This document shows positions 36,853 to 47,019 of a stretch of 60,499 nt of DNA, piece by piece (position 1 is the first letter of the stretch; each line of letters begins with the position of its first letter). Source of the DNA: a virus (Duplodnaviria > Caudoviricetes). Under the pieces are notes generated by a model, which was not told the origin of the DNA, searched no databases, and saw only the letters and a list, made by a program, of their open reading frames with translations. The stretch spans positions 1 to 60,499 of IMG/VR virus record IMGVR_UViG_3300048833_000767; one strand, given 5' to 3'. A program made the position numbers and the translations under genes.

Positions 36853-36921
36853 TTGCTTTCCTCACCGCCCAGCGTTAGGATTTCCCCAACATGGCCCAGT
36901 CTCTCGAGATTGGGCCTTTTT
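36853..36921 (+). promoter_or_regulatory. late promoter + proximal terminator, unit 2 (head genes)
   Basis: TTGCTT-N17-TAGGAT with CAGCGT; GGCCCAGTCTC-TC-GAGATTGGGCC-TTTTT. Confidence 0.75.
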
Positions 36922-37123
36922 GTTTGTTACATTTGACAGTTGTTAGTAAAAATTAAACGCAGGACAATCTCAGACAGGTGCTTTCCTCACCTGTAGTGTC
37001 ATGCTCTATTGCCCGCCTCGTGCGGGTTTTTTTGTGCCCAGCCCCAGCCGGGGATAGCTTTCCCCGAGAACTTTCCCCCGCTTGGGCAGCGATACCACCC
37101 ACTGAAAACCCACGAGGACAACC

Positions 37124-38056
37124 ATGGATACGAACATCGACAACCTGACCGGGACTGAAAGCCTGGACGAACTGGAAGCCATGCTGGCGGAGCTCGAGCA
37201 ATCGCCCGATGTCGAGCTGGGTGATGGCACTGCCACCGAGAAAACGGACGTAGACACCGCGCCGTCGGCGGTCGAAGTAGCAGCCGGTACTGAACAAGCG
37301 AACACCGAGCAGGGCGGTGAAGCGGCCAAGGCGCCTGAGAAGGTGATCCTGGCCAAGAGCGGTCAACACACCATCCCGTATGACGTGCTGGAGCAGGCGC
37401 GCAATGAGAACAAGGCCCTGCGTGAGCAGCTTGGCCAGTCTCAGCAGGCTCAGGCCGAACGGGACAAGCTTCAGGCGCTGCTGGAGAAGCACGGGATTAA
37501 CCCTGATGCCGACCCGGACCAGCTCGACCTGAAGGAGGTAGAGCTGCTGGCTCAGGACTATCCGGAGATCGGTAAGACCCTGACTGCGATGGCCAACAAG
37601 ATCCATCGACTGGAACAGCCAGTAGCACAACCGGTTCAACCAGCCACCAATCCGGTGCAGGCCGCGCTGCAGGCGGTACCTGATCTGGTTGATTGGCGGG
37701 AGAAGGACCAAGACCGCTTCGACTTCGCCATCATCGTTGATGAAAAGCTCCAGGCTGATCCTGCGTGGCAAGGCAGGTCACTGGACGAGCGATTTGCAGA
37801 GGCGGCTCGTCGCACCAAGCTGGCCTTTGGTGATGCCGTGGAAACTACTCCACCGCCAGCCAAGGCACCCAGCAAGGAAGCAGATAAGCCCGCTGACTTC
37901 ATCCCGTCCAGCCCTTCGGTACTCGGCCAAACCCATCATGCAGCACCAACCGGCGTGGAGCGCTATGGCGCCATGTCTCAAGCCGAGCTTATCGGCGAGA
38001 TGGGCGCCATGACGGAAGCTCAAATGGAGGCGCTGCTGGAGCAGGCCGGGTACTAA
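37124..38056 (+). CDS. scaffolding protein
   Basis: acidic, HTIPYDVL, between portal and capsid. Confidence 0.8.
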   Translation: MDTNIDNLTGTESLDELEAMLAELEQSPDVELGDGTATEKTDVDTAPSAVEVAAGTEQANTEQGGEAAKAPEKVILAKSGQHTIPYDVLEQARNENKALREQLGQSQQAQAERDKLQALLEKHGINPDADPDQLDLKEVELLAQDYPEIGKTLTAMANKIHRLEQPVAQPVQPATNPVQAALQAVPDLVDWREKDQDRFDFAIIVDEKLQADPAWQGRSLDERFAEAARRTKLAFGDAVETTPPPAKAPSKEADKPADFIPSSPSVLGQTHHAAPTGVERYGAMSQAELIGEMGAMTEAQMEALLEQAGY

Positions 38057-38127
38057 CCAACAACCCGTTTATACAAGCCAACCCCGACCACTGTGTCGGG
38101 GTTTTTGTTTTCATGTAGGAGAGGACC

Positions 38128-39345
38128 ATGACCCAAGTCACCTCGGCGCAAGCCAACAAGATTTTGCAGGCGGCACTGTTTACGTCCGCCAACCGTTCCC
38201 ACTCGCTGGTGAACATGCTGACTGAAGAAGCGCCCAAGGGGGCCAAGGTCAACGGCGGCAAGCAGACCAGTGCTGGCGCCCCTGTTGTTCGCATCACCGA
38301 TCTCGGCAAGGGTGCAGGCGACGAAGTCGATATGCAGCTGTTCCACCAACTGTCTGGCCGTCCGACCATGGGCGACAAGAAGCTGGCCGGGCGCCTCGAA
38401 AGCATGTCCTTCGCCGACTTCTCGCTCAAGATCAACCAGACCCGGCACGGTGTGGATGCCGGCGGCAAGATGAGCCAGAAGCGCACCAAGCACGATCTCA
38501 TCAAGACCGCCCGTGTACTGCTGGGGGATGGCTACTACGGCCGTTTGGTTGACCAGCGCGGCTTTGCTCAATTGGCCGGCGCACGCGGCGACTACGCGGC
38601 CACCGACATCATTCTGCCGCTGGCAGATGATGCTGAGTTTGCCGACATCATGATCAACCCGCTGACCGCGCCGACCTACGAGCGCCACTTCTTCGGTGGT
38701 GACGCGACTACCTTCGAAGCCATCGACGCGGCGGATCGCTTCAACCTCGGCTGCGTGGACAACATGGCGCTCTACCTGGCGGAGATGGCCAACCCCATCC
38801 AGCCGATCCGGATGGTAGCCGACCCGTCCGGTGGTGAGCCGCTCTATGTGCTCTACGTCACCCCCCGTCAATGGCATGACTTCTACACCTCCAGCTCTGG
38901 TAAAGACTGGAATGCCATGCTGGCCGCAGTGGCAGAACGAGCCAAAGGCTGGAACCACCCCATCTTCCGCGGGGAAGGCGCCATGTGGCGCGGCATCCTG
39001 GTCAAGCAATACAAGGGCATGCCGATCCGCTTCAACCAAGGCAGTACCGTCAAGGTATGTGCTGCCAACTCCACGACCGGCGCAGAAGTGGACAAGACTG
39101 CCGGCACCCTGATCGACCGTGCCGTGCTGCTGGGCGGCCAGGCGCTGGCGAATGCCTTCGGTTCTGGTGAGCAGGGCGGCTCTTTCGGCATGCACCAAGA
39201 GCCGACCGATCACGGTAACGCGAACGAGATCTCTATCCGTTGGGTGTCCGGTCTGCAGAAGATCCGCTTCAAGCAGAAGAACGGCAACATTCAGGACCAC
39301 GGTTGCATGGCACTGGATACCGCAGTGAGCGCCATCGGTCGCTAA
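38128..39345 (+). CDS. major capsid protein (N4-gp56/DUF4043 family)
   Basis: PVVRITDL.K..GDEV, INQTRH.V..GG.MSQKRT, DRAVLLG.QAL. Confidence 0.92.
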   Translation: MTQVTSAQANKILQAALFTSANRSHSLVNMLTEEAPKGAKVNGGKQTSAGAPVVRITDLGKGAGDEVDMQLFHQLSGRPTMGDKKLAGRLESMSFADFSLKINQTRHGVDAGGKMSQKRTKHDLIKTARVLLGDGYYGRLVDQRGFAQLAGARGDYAATDIILPLADDAEFADIMINPLTAPTYERHFFGGDATTFEAIDAADRFNLGCVDNMALYLAEMANPIQPIRMVADPSGGEPLYVLYVTPRQWHDFYTSSSGKDWNAMLAAVAERAKGWNHPIFRGEGAMWRGILVKQYKGMPIRFNQGSTVKVCAANSTTGAEVDKTAGTLIDRAVLLGGQALANAFGSGEQGGSFGMHQEPTDHGNANEISIRWVSGLQKIRFKQKNGNIQDHGCMALDTAVSAIGR

Positions 39346-39411
39346 GCCACCAACCCAGGGGGGCTATCCGGCCCCTTCTCTGCACTATCTGACCTCACAA
39401 GGAGCCATATC

Positions 39412-39801
39412 ATGGCCAAGACTACTCTGATTGCCAAAGCGTACCGCTGGTTTGTCGGTGCGTTCGGCAACCTCTCTATCTCCCCGACCCTGGTGGCCAA
39501 ACTGGCTGCTGTGCCCGCCGGCGATGTTGTCGCGTTTGGTGACAAGGTGGAGCCCAACCTGAAAGTGGTGGGGGTCACCCTGTTCAGTGGGGCCCTTGGT
39601 GCGAGTACCACCATCACCGCCAAGGTCGGCGCTACCTCCATCATCAATGCCGAGAGCACAGCGGCGGCGGTGGCCAAGTACATCCCGGTCGATGACCTGA
39701 TGACCGAGGCGGACCAGGAGATCAGCCTCACCGTCGGCGGCGGCACTGCAACGGGTACCGTCAAGATCAAGCTGCATTACGAGGTGGTCGGCAATCTCTA
39801 A
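39412..39801 (+). CDS. capsid decoration/cement protein
   Basis: small beta-rich protein after capsid gene. Confidence 0.6.
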   Translation: MAKTTLIAKAYRWFVGAFGNLSISPTLVAKLAAVPAGDVVAFGDKVEPNLKVVGVTLFSGALGASTTITAKVGATSIINAESTAAAVAKYIPVDDLMTEADQEISLTVGGGTATGTVKIKLHYEVVGNL

Positions 39802-39867
39802 GGTTGCCCATCACTGTGCGCCCGGCCCTGTGCCGGGCGTTTCTATTTCTGGATTGGAGAGACAACC

Positions 39868-40311
39868 GTGAGCGACAAGATTGCTGTGGTTTATATCGGC
39901 GACAAGCCGAGCAAGAAAGACACCGTCACCGGCTCCCGCCTGGTGTTCCCTCGTCACAACCCGGTGGATGTAGAGAGCCACATCGCTATGCAACTGCTGG
40001 AATTCCCCTCTGTATGGCGTCGTTCCGAAGAGCTGGGTGATGTGAAGGCCCAACAAGAAGCACTGGAACAAGCTGCGATTGAAGAGGCTGAGCGCCTGGC
40101 AGCAGAAGAAGCTCGCTTGGCCGAAGAGCAGAGCATGGTTGTCGGGGGGCGCGACTTGGCCAAGCTGACCTCTGCGCAGCTGGCCACCTTGGTGGAGGGG
40201 GAAGATCTGGATATCGAGGCGCAGGGCCCGCAAGAGAAGGTCGGCGATTTCCGTGTGCGCGTGCGTGATGCCATGAAGGCCAAGCTTGCCGCTGGGTTGG
40301 GTGGTGAGTAA
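39868..40311 (+). CDS. hypothetical virion-module protein
   Basis: YIGDKP.KKDTV; GGAG RBS. Confidence 0.7.
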   Translation: MSDKIAVVYIGDKPSKKDTVTGSRLVFPRHNPVDVESHIAMQLLEFPSVWRRSEELGDVKAQQEALEQAAIEEAERLAAEEARLAEEQSMVVGGRDLAKLTSAQLATLVEGEDLDIEAQGPQEKVGDFRVRVRDAMKAKLAAGLGGE

Positions 40312-40955
40312 TGGTACCGGTGCTGGATAGCCGTCTGGTTAGTCCGGACACACTGATCCCGCTGGTTCGCCAGCGGGTTCTCCACTTGCCTCACACAGAA
40401 GGCGCTGACGCATTAATACATAGCTACCTTATCGAAGCTGCAATCGTTTTTTGTAAAGAAAGCTCACTTGTTCATTTGGAGCGCCACTTCGACAGTGTCC
40501 TCGAAGGACAAACTGTCAGCTTTGCGATGGCCAGCAGTATCAATCGTCAGGCCAGGCAAAATGTGCGAGTACCACAGGTGACCGGTTCGGTACTTCATCG
40601 CATCACTGCAAACGGCATCCCTCTGACGCCTGGTAGGCACTATCACGCACAGTCAGCCGAGTCTATCCGCTTCCTTGAGCCGCTGAGTAGCGTTTGTATT
40701 GTGGGGGCCATTGAGCCTTTACCGACGGCAATACTCATTCCCTGCGCACTGGTTGAGGACTATGCGCATGAGCTGGTGTGTGGTGCGGCCTATCTCCTGC
40801 AGCAGCTTCCAGCCAAGCCATGGACAAACCATGAGCTGGCTCAGTTAAACCGCAGCAAGTTCTATGACGGGATTCGCTCTGCGTACCGCTTCCGCATAGA
40901 GCAAACCGCAAGTGCAAGGATTCACAACCCTGTCCGAAAGAGAGATTTCTTCTAA
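40311..40955 (+). CDS. head-tail adaptor-like protein
   Basis: AAIVFC...P.KPWTN motifs, position. Confidence 0.6.
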   Translation: MVPVLDSRLVSPDTLIPLVRQRVLHLPHTEGADALIHSYLIEAAIVFCKESSLVHLERHFDSVLEGQTVSFAMASSINRQARQNVRVPQVTGSVLHRITANGIPLTPGRHYHAQSAESIRFLEPLSSVCIVGAIEPLPTAILIPCALVEDYAHELVCGAAYLLQQLPAKPWTNHELAQLNRSKFYDGIRSAYRFRIEQTASARIHNPVRKRDFF

Positions 40956-40968
40956 TCTGAGGTGAGCC

Positions 40969-41634
40969 ATGCTGGTCAGTGAATTATTGAATAGAGCCTC
41001 AACTGAGTTGATCGATACACCGCGGATTAGCTGGGGTCTGGAGGATTTGATCTCTTACTACAACAGTGCGATATCCGCGATCGCCAGCGCCAGACCCGAC
41101 ATCTTCATTAAGACCCAGCCTTTTGCCTGTGCCGCCGGTACTCGGCAAACCGCCCCCGCAGGGACCATCAAATTAATCGATGTGGAACGCAACTCGCTGA
41201 CCGGCAAAACGATCCGTTACGTTTCTCGCGCCGATCTGGAGAGTTTAATCCCGAGCTGGGCCAGTAGTGCCGGTGGAACAGAGGCGGAGCTTTATATCCA
41301 CGAGCCAACCAATATCACGGCTTTCTGGCTGTACCCGGGAGTAAAGGCGGGGACGAGTGTCGATCTCGTGTTAAGTATTCTCCCAACTCCAGTCACTAAA
41401 AGCGAGGTTGGGTCAGGTGCCTCTGTTCAGATAGATGACCGATACGTCACCCCTTGCCTGGATTGGATCATGTATCGCGCGTTTATGCGTGATTCAGAGG
41501 TGACGGCCAATGCATCAAGAGGGCAGCTTCACCTTCAATCCTTCACGCATGCTCTGTCGGTCAGTACCGAAACGGACGCCACCATGTTGGCTATGCGTGA
41601 CAGCCAGGCCAGCACCAAAGGGGGGCGTCAATGA
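40969..41634 (+). CDS. adaptor/tail tubular protein A-like (DUF6682)
   Basis: W....L..Y.N.A, RPD, WLYPG, YRAF.RD. Confidence 0.65.
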   Translation: MLVSELLNRASTELIDTPRISWGLEDLISYYNSAISAIASARPDIFIKTQPFACAAGTRQTAPAGTIKLIDVERNSLTGKTIRYVSRADLESLIPSWASSAGGTEAELYIHEPTNITAFWLYPGVKAGTSVDLVLSILPTPVTKSEVGSGASVQIDDRYVTPCLDWIMYRAFMRDSEVTANASRGQLHLQSFTHALSVSTETDATMLAMRDSQASTKGGRQ

Positions 41635-44585
41635 TCCTGATCCACGGTGTGATCACTGACCCCTCTGGCAAGTCGGTTCCGGGGGCAATCATCGAGCTGC
41701 GCTCCCTCAGCACTACGGGTGAAGTGTTGATGGGCTCAGAAATGATCTTCAAATGCGACCAGTCTGGGGGGTACCGATTCAAGTTGGCAGTCGGCACATA
41801 TGATGTCTACACCCAGAACGATCTGTGTGGGGACATGGATTACATGGGTACCGGGGTGGTGACGATTCACAGCACAGATGGCACCCTGAACGACATCCTG
41901 GTTGATGGTGGTATCACCCTGACACCTCCTCTACTCGATCGAGCCGTGGAGGCAATGCAAAGGTCCGAGTTCGCTGCTGAGGCCGCCGCTCAGGACCGCC
42001 AGAAAGCAGGTAACGCTGTGAGTGCCGCGGAGCTGGCGAGCCAGCAAGCCACTGAGCAGGCTGCGGCGGCATCTCAATCGGCCTTAACTGCAGGCAATAA
42101 GGCTGGTGACGCGGCAACCAGCGCAGGAGTTGCTGCTGAGTCTGCGGGCAGAGCCCAGAAGTGGGCTGAGAATCCGGTGGATATGGCGGTGGTTCCCGGC
42201 AAGCATTCCGCATTGCACCATGCGACCAAGGCAAATGCCTCGGCATCGGAATCCGCGGCATGCGCAATGGCGGCAGCGGCCAGTGCCAGTACCGCATCAG
42301 CCAAGGCTACCGAGGCTAATACCAGTGCAACCAAGGCCACAGCCCAGGCTAATGAGGCCGCAACCAGTGCTAGTGCAGCGGCCACTCAAGCGAGTGCCGC
42401 CAACAATGCTAAGGTCGCTGCGGCCACCTCAGCGACCAATGCAGGTACCCACGCCAATAATGCCGAGAAGGCGGCCCTGGCGGCAGAGGGGGCAAAGGTG
42501 CTGACGCTTGATAACGCGGCGAAGGTCAGCACGTTGGCGCAGCAGGTCACAGCTGATCGTGCTCAAGTGCAGGAGAAGGCCACTCAGGTTGTGGCGAACG
42601 CGGCGACAGTCGCCGGGCAGTACAAGGAAGTCAGCACCAATACCTATGCCGTCTCACAGGCGAAAACCGCCGTTGAGGGCATGCGGGATGTGGTGGTCGT
42701 GAAAACTGCTCAGGCACAGGCTGCGGCAGATACGGCGAGCACAAAGGCGAGCCAGGCAGCGCAAGATCAGGCCTCGGCCAACGCTAGTGCCCTGCGGGCC
42801 GGCGTGTCAGAGGGCATGGCGGAGGCCTGGGCGCAGAATCCGGAAGGGAGCGATATCAACGGGCGCCCCGGGGAGTTTTCAGCTTTGCATTGGGCGCTGC
42901 AGGCTCAGAAGTGGGCACAGGCCATCTCTTCGCAGTTGGTCTGGTCTGGTCCTTGGAATGCCGCCGCGGGGGCGCCAGCTGTGCCAGCCGCGAATCGTGG
43001 CGTGCCGTTTTATCGGATATCTCACCCAGGGGTGATTGCCAGCGTCCCCTATGTGGCGGGTGACTATCTGCACTGGGACCCGAGCACTCGCACCTGGTTC
43101 AAGATAGATGGCTCTGACGCTGTGATCTCGGTCAATGGCATGACAGGGGCCGTAGTGCTGAGTGCTGCCGATGTGGGGGCCAGGCCAGCCAGCTGGGTAC
43201 CCGGATGGGCTGACATCACCAACAAACCGGTGACCATTCCACCCTCTGAGCACACTCATCCCTGGTCGCAGCTCTCTAACGTCCCCGTTTACGCTTCACG
43301 CTGGCCCACTCTTGCAGAATTGGGAGCTGCCGCCGCGAGCCACACTCATTCCTGGGCGCAGTTGACGGGGATCCCTGCGTATGCGACCCGCTGGCCAGCT
43401 TGGGGGGAGGTGGCAGATAAACCTGATTTGGCCCCCGCGACGCACCGACATCCCTGGAGCCAGCTCGACCAGATCCCAGTCACAGCGTCTCGTTGGCCAG
43501 CTTGGGACGAGATCACCGGCAAGCCCAGTGTCGCTGCTGCGGCACACCGGCATTCCTGGAGTGAGCTGGATGAGGTACCAGTAACCGCTAGCCGCTGGCC
43601 GAGCTTTGACGAGGTGACTGATAAGCCTAATTTTGCTGCTGCAGCTCATCGACATCAGTGGAGTCAACTTGATCAGGTTCCGGTTCAGGCGACCCGGTGG
43701 CCTGCCTGGGGAGAGGTGACCAGCAAACCGGATCTGGCTGCCGCTAGTCACAATCACCCTGGCTGCTTGCTCAACCCGATCAGCTTGGCGAAGGAGGATC
43801 TTGATAATGTCAAGACTCCTAGCCACTACGCCCAGCACTCGAATGCAAATACCTCCGCAGCCCAGCATTATCCAGAAAACCAAGCCGGTAGCCTGATGGT
43901 TACAACTGGTGCGGGTGTTCAGCAGCGCTACCACGTCTACAACACTTCACGGGTTTGGACCCGAGCGCAGTACAGCACTGGAGCGTGGACACCGTGGGCG
44001 AGGGAATACAACACCTTGAACAAGCCCTCTGCCGCTGACGTAGGGGCACTTCCAGTGCAGTCTGCCGGCGGCGTTTTGGAGGTTGGTAAGTACATCGATT
44101 TCCACGACACGAACACCAACGTGGACTACAGCGTCCGCCTGATGCAAGAGGGGACTTCCCTTCGTGTCCAGGGGGCAAATGGTTACGTGGATGTGGGAGC
44201 CAAGAATACCGGCTATGCCCACTACTACACCGATCGCCCCCAGCACTATTTCGACAAGAACGTCAGTGCGAACGATTACCAAGTCCGCTCAGATGCCCGC
44301 TTGAAGTCGGATCTCCTTGAGTTGAGGGACGCTCTAGCTAAAACCAGAGCACTGAAGGGGTGGTCCTATGACAAACGCCTCGATCTGGATAGTACGCATG
44401 CCTACCAGCGTGAAGTGGGGCTGATCGCACAAGATGTACAGAAAGTGCTGCCGGAAGCAGTCCATGTGTGCAGCGATAAAGGGGGCATCTTGACTATCTC
44501 ACCGTCAGCGTTGATTGCACTGCTTGTAGAGGCGGTGAAGGAACTGGCTGTGAAAGTGGAGACACTTGATGGCCGTTCCCAATAA
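41631..44585 (+). CDS. tail fibre with HxH repeats and C-terminal S74 intramolecular chaperone
   Basis: Stf-like N-terminus, Ala-rich shaft, SVNG.TG.V.L, RSDARLK...GLIAQDVQKVLPEAV. Confidence 0.9.
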   Translation: MILIHGVITDPSGKSVPGAIIELRSLSTTGEVLMGSEMIFKCDQSGGYRFKLAVGTYDVYTQNDLCGDMDYMGTGVVTIHSTDGTLNDILVDGGITLTPPLLDRAVEAMQRSEFAAEAAAQDRQKAGNAVSAAELASQQATEQAAAASQSALTAGNKAGDAATSAGVAAESAGRAQKWAENPVDMAVVPGKHSALHHATKANASASESAACAMAAAASASTASAKATEANTSATKATAQANEAATSASAAATQASAANNAKVAAATSATNAGTHANNAEKAALAAEGAKVLTLDNAAKVSTLAQQVTADRAQVQEKATQVVANAATVAGQYKEVSTNTYAVSQAKTAVEGMRDVVVVKTAQAQAAADTASTKASQAAQDQASANASALRAGVSEGMAEAWAQNPEGSDINGRPGEFSALHWALQAQKWAQAISSQLVWSGPWNAAAGAPAVPAANRGVPFYRISHPGVIASVPYVAGDYLHWDPSTRTWFKIDGSDAVISVNGMTGAVVLSAADVGARPASWVPGWADITNKPVTIPPSEHTHPWSQLSNVPVYASRWPTLAELGAAAASHTHSWAQLTGIPAYATRWPAWGEVADKPDLAPATHRHPWSQLDQIPVTASRWPAWDEITGKPSVAAAAHRHSWSELDEVPVTASRWPSFDEVTDKPNFAAAAHRHQWSQLDQVPVQATRWPAWGEVTSKPDLAAASHNHPGCLLNPISLAKEDLDNVKTPSHYAQHSNANTSAAQHYPENQAGSLMVTTGAGVQQRYHVYNTSRVWTRAQYSTGAWTPWAREYNTLNKPSAADVGALPVQSAGGVLEVGKYIDFHDTNTNVDYSVRLMQEGTSLRVQGANGYVDVGAKNTGYAHYYTDRPQHYFDKNVSANDYQVRSDARLKSDLLELRDALAKTRALKGWSYDKRLDLDSTHAYQREVGLIAQDVQKVLPEAVHVCSDKGGILTISPSALIALLVEAVKELAVKVETLDGRSQ
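43251..43760 (+). repeat. five ~90-102 bp coding repeats (HxHxWxxL..P..A.RWP)
   Basis: visible in the translation. Confidence 0.9.
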
Positions 44586-45060
44586 GCCCTTCTGGCTATC
44601 CCAGGCCAACAGCGAGTTTGGGGGGAACGGCTGGGCTTCCAATATTCTGAGCAAAGCAGGTATCAGTGCCCCCCGTTATGTGGGGGAACTTAGCGGTAAA
44701 AGTGCGTTTTCGATAATTGGGAACCCCGGTAACCCAGTGGCAGAGAATGCAGACGGTATGCTTTATTTTTGGCGTTTTGGAAATGACATATGGGGAGGTG
44801 GTTCCGGGATCTCTAATACCCAGCTCACAAGAGGGATGTGCCAAATCCGGATCCGGCACACAGGGGGAGATGGATCGGTGATTTTCTCTGGAGCCTCTAA
44901 CAGCACTGCTTTTACCCCGGATGGAACGTGGCGCGGGGTGGGGTGTAGAGCCCCTGGTTATTCGGGGTATCAGGTTATTATCGCTGCAATCGACTTCATT
45001 TTGAACGGTGCCGTAGTTAAAACGGTGAACATTACGGCAGAAGGCTCCACCTATCGATAA
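44569..45060 (+). CDS. fibre-tip adhesin candidate (T-even gp38-like N-terminus)
   Basis: PFWLS....E.GG.GWAS.....P.Y...LSGKS. Confidence 0.5.
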   Translation: MAVPNKPFWLSQANSEFGGNGWASNILSKAGISAPRYVGELSGKSAFSIIGNPGNPVAENADGMLYFWRFGNDIWGGGSGISNTQLTRGMCQIRIRHTGGDGSVIFSGASNSTAFTPDGTWRGVGCRAPGYSGYQVIIAAIDFILNGAVVKTVNITAEGSTYR

Positions 45061-45068
45061 GGAAGATC

Positions 45069-45314
45069 ATGAGTAACCGAGTCACTCGATACTTTTTCCG
45101 CGTGCTGGTTTCGATGGATCAGTTTGGCAACACTCTTTTGGGCGGCAGGCCCGACGAGACCATCTCTGGCAACGTAGGCTACAACGCCAAGCAGGGGAAG
45201 CGCTGGGCAATAAGGGCAGAGAAAATCATCAACTTCATCATGCGCAGCCCGACGCACTGCAGGGACAGCATCGAGTATGACGAACGCAAGATTCCGCTTC
45301 GCAATGCTTGGTGA
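45069..45314 (+). CDS. small conserved phage protein
   Basis: DQFGNTLLGG.PDETIS...HC..S. Confidence 0.7.
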   Translation: MSNRVTRYFFRVLVSMDQFGNTLLGGRPDETISGNVGYNAKQGKRWAIRAEKIINFIMRSPTHCRDSIEYDERKIPLRNAW

Positions 45315-45316
45315 GC

Positions 45317-45385
45317 TTGCTCATCGTCAGGTGCAGCGTTAGCATAGCTCCATCATGGCCCTGCTCTAACGAGTGGGGCTTTTTC
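45317..45385 (+). promoter_or_regulatory. late promoter + proximal terminator, unit 3 (tail genes)
   Basis: TTGCTC-N17-TAGCAT with CAGCGT; GCCCTGCTC-TAAC-GAGTGGGGC-TTTTT. Confidence 0.75.
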
Positions 45386-45408
45386 ATTTCTAGACTTCGA
45401 GAAACCCC

Positions 45409-47019
45409 ATGCCATTGATCGACATCGTGACTATGCGAGGCATGGTGCCGCGCGTGGCAGACCATCTATTGCCGGACGAAGCGGCCACCCTGGCCCAGGA
45501 TTGTCATTTTGACAGTGGGGTGGTGGCACCACTGATGACTGACAAGGCGGCTGGGATCTCGTTACCGATCATCCCCAAGACGCTGTTCCACTACTACGGA
45601 GCGCACTGGTTTGCCTGGAACAAGCAGGTGGAGGTCATGCGATCACCTATCGCCCAGGATCAGTACAACCGCGTCTACTTCACCGATGGGGAGTTTCCCA
45701 AGCTGACCTACGATGCGATTGCCACAGGCGGCAGCAATAAGCCCACGGCCTGGTATCGGCTGGGTGTACCTGTGCCGGCTACACCACCGAACGTGCAGTC
45801 AGTCACGCTACCTTCTGGCAGCAAGGACGATGATCCGACGGATGACGAGACCCGTTTCTACGTGGAGACCTACGTGACCGGGCTGGGGGAGGAGGGCGCG
45901 CCAGGACCCGCCAGCGGAAAGACGACTATCACGATTCCGGGTTCGACAGTGGTTGTGGGCCTGTCTGCCGTCCCGACCAACAACAGCAACATCACACGGC
46001 GGCGACTCTACCGATCGGTGTCGGGTGGTGGTCTTGCTGACTATCTGCTGGTTGCCGATATGCCCATTGCGACAGCTAGCTACAGCGATGCCAAGAAAGA
46101 TGGGGAGCTGGGGGCGGTGCTTGAGACCTACGGTTACAACATGCCCCCAGAAAAGATGCGTGGGATCTGCCAGATGGCCAATGGCATCTGTGCCGGGTTT
46201 GTCGGTAATGCTGTTTTGTTCTCTGAGCCGTTTCTGCCTTACGCCTGGCCGGAGAAGTACAAGCTGACCACTGAGCATGACATCGTGGCGATCGCTGCCA
46301 TAGATACGGCGCTGGTTGTGGGTACCAAGGGTTATCCCTATCTCTTCCAAGGTGCGTCGCCGTCTTCCATCACTGGGCAGAAACTCTCGCCCACCCCACA
46401 GGCTTGTGTCAGCGCCCGCTCCATGGTGGCACTGGATGGGATGGTCTTATACGCCGCGCCCGATGGGTTGGTTGGCGTGGGGGCTGACGGTGGCGCTCTC
46501 GTGACCGAGGGGATCATCACCCGAGAGCAGTGGCAGGCACTGAAACCCGACACGCTGCGGGCTTGGTACTGCGAGGGGCGTTATGTGGCCCAGACCGATA
46601 GCCATGGCTTTGTGTTTGACCCTAGATCAGGTGATCTGCGCTGGATATCCGGGCGCTGGGATGCGGCGGTTGCAGACATGCAGCTTGATGCCTTGATGAT
46701 CGCCAAGGGCGCGCAACTGCATCAATGGCTTGGTGGCGCTACCGCCCTGCCAATGTGCTGGAGGTCAAAGGCGTTTGTGCTGCCCCCCGGTGTGAGACTC
46801 AGCTGTGCTCGGGTGACGAGTGAGGCGGTAGATCAAATTAGCTTCGTACTGATTGTCGATGGGACCAGGGTGTTCGAGCTGATGGAAGGCCAGGTCCCGC
46901 CGTCCGGTTTTCGGTTGCCGCCGCTACGGGGCCGGCGCTGGCAAGTTGAGGTGAGGGGAACAACCGAGGTTGAGCGGATTACCCTAGGCGGAAGTATGGT
47001 GGAGATCTGTCTGCAATGA
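45409..47019 (+). CDS. tail nozzle/stabilisation protein
   Basis: beta-propeller-like, FSEP..PYAWP, WRSK.F. Confidence 0.7.
   Translation: MPLIDIVTMRGMVPRVADHLLPDEAATLAQDCHFDSGVVAPLMTDKAAGISLPIIPKTLFHYYGAHWFAWNKQVEVMRSPIAQDQYNRVYFTDGEFPKLTYDAIATGGSNKPTAWYRLGVPVPATPPNVQSVTLPSGSKDDDPTDDETRFYVETYVTGLGEEGAPGPASGKTTITIPGSTVVVGLSAVPTNNSNITRRRLYRSVSGGGLADYLLVADMPIATASYSDAKKDGELGAVLETYGYNMPPEKMRGICQMANGICAGFVGNAVLFSEPFLPYAWPEKYKLTTEHDIVAIAAIDTALVVGTKGYPYLFQGASPSSITGQKLSPTPQACVSARSMVALDGMVLYAAPDGLVGVGADGGALVTEGIITREQWQALKPDTLRAWYCEGRYVAQTDSHGFVFDPRSGDLRWISGRWDAAVADMQLDALMIAKGAQLHQWLGGATALPMCWRSKAFVLPPGVRLSCARVTSEAVDQISFVLIVDGTRVFELMEGQVPPSGFRLPPLRGRRWQVEVRGTTEVERITLGGSMVEICLQ

Noticed and set aside
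38053-39300. Long antisense ORFs (e.g. 38053-39300, 9820-10857, 22316-23305, 25669-26610, 34771-35679)
   Set aside because: Shadows of well-supported genes in GC-rich DNA, with no motifs.
41990-42800. Ala/Ser-rich low-complexity region as a special repeat element
   Set aside because: Ordinary Stf-type fibre shaft.
43251-43760. Regular repeats as CRISPR array or DGR template/variable pair
   Set aside because: They are degenerate in-frame protein repeats; no spacers, cas or reverse transcriptase gene seen.
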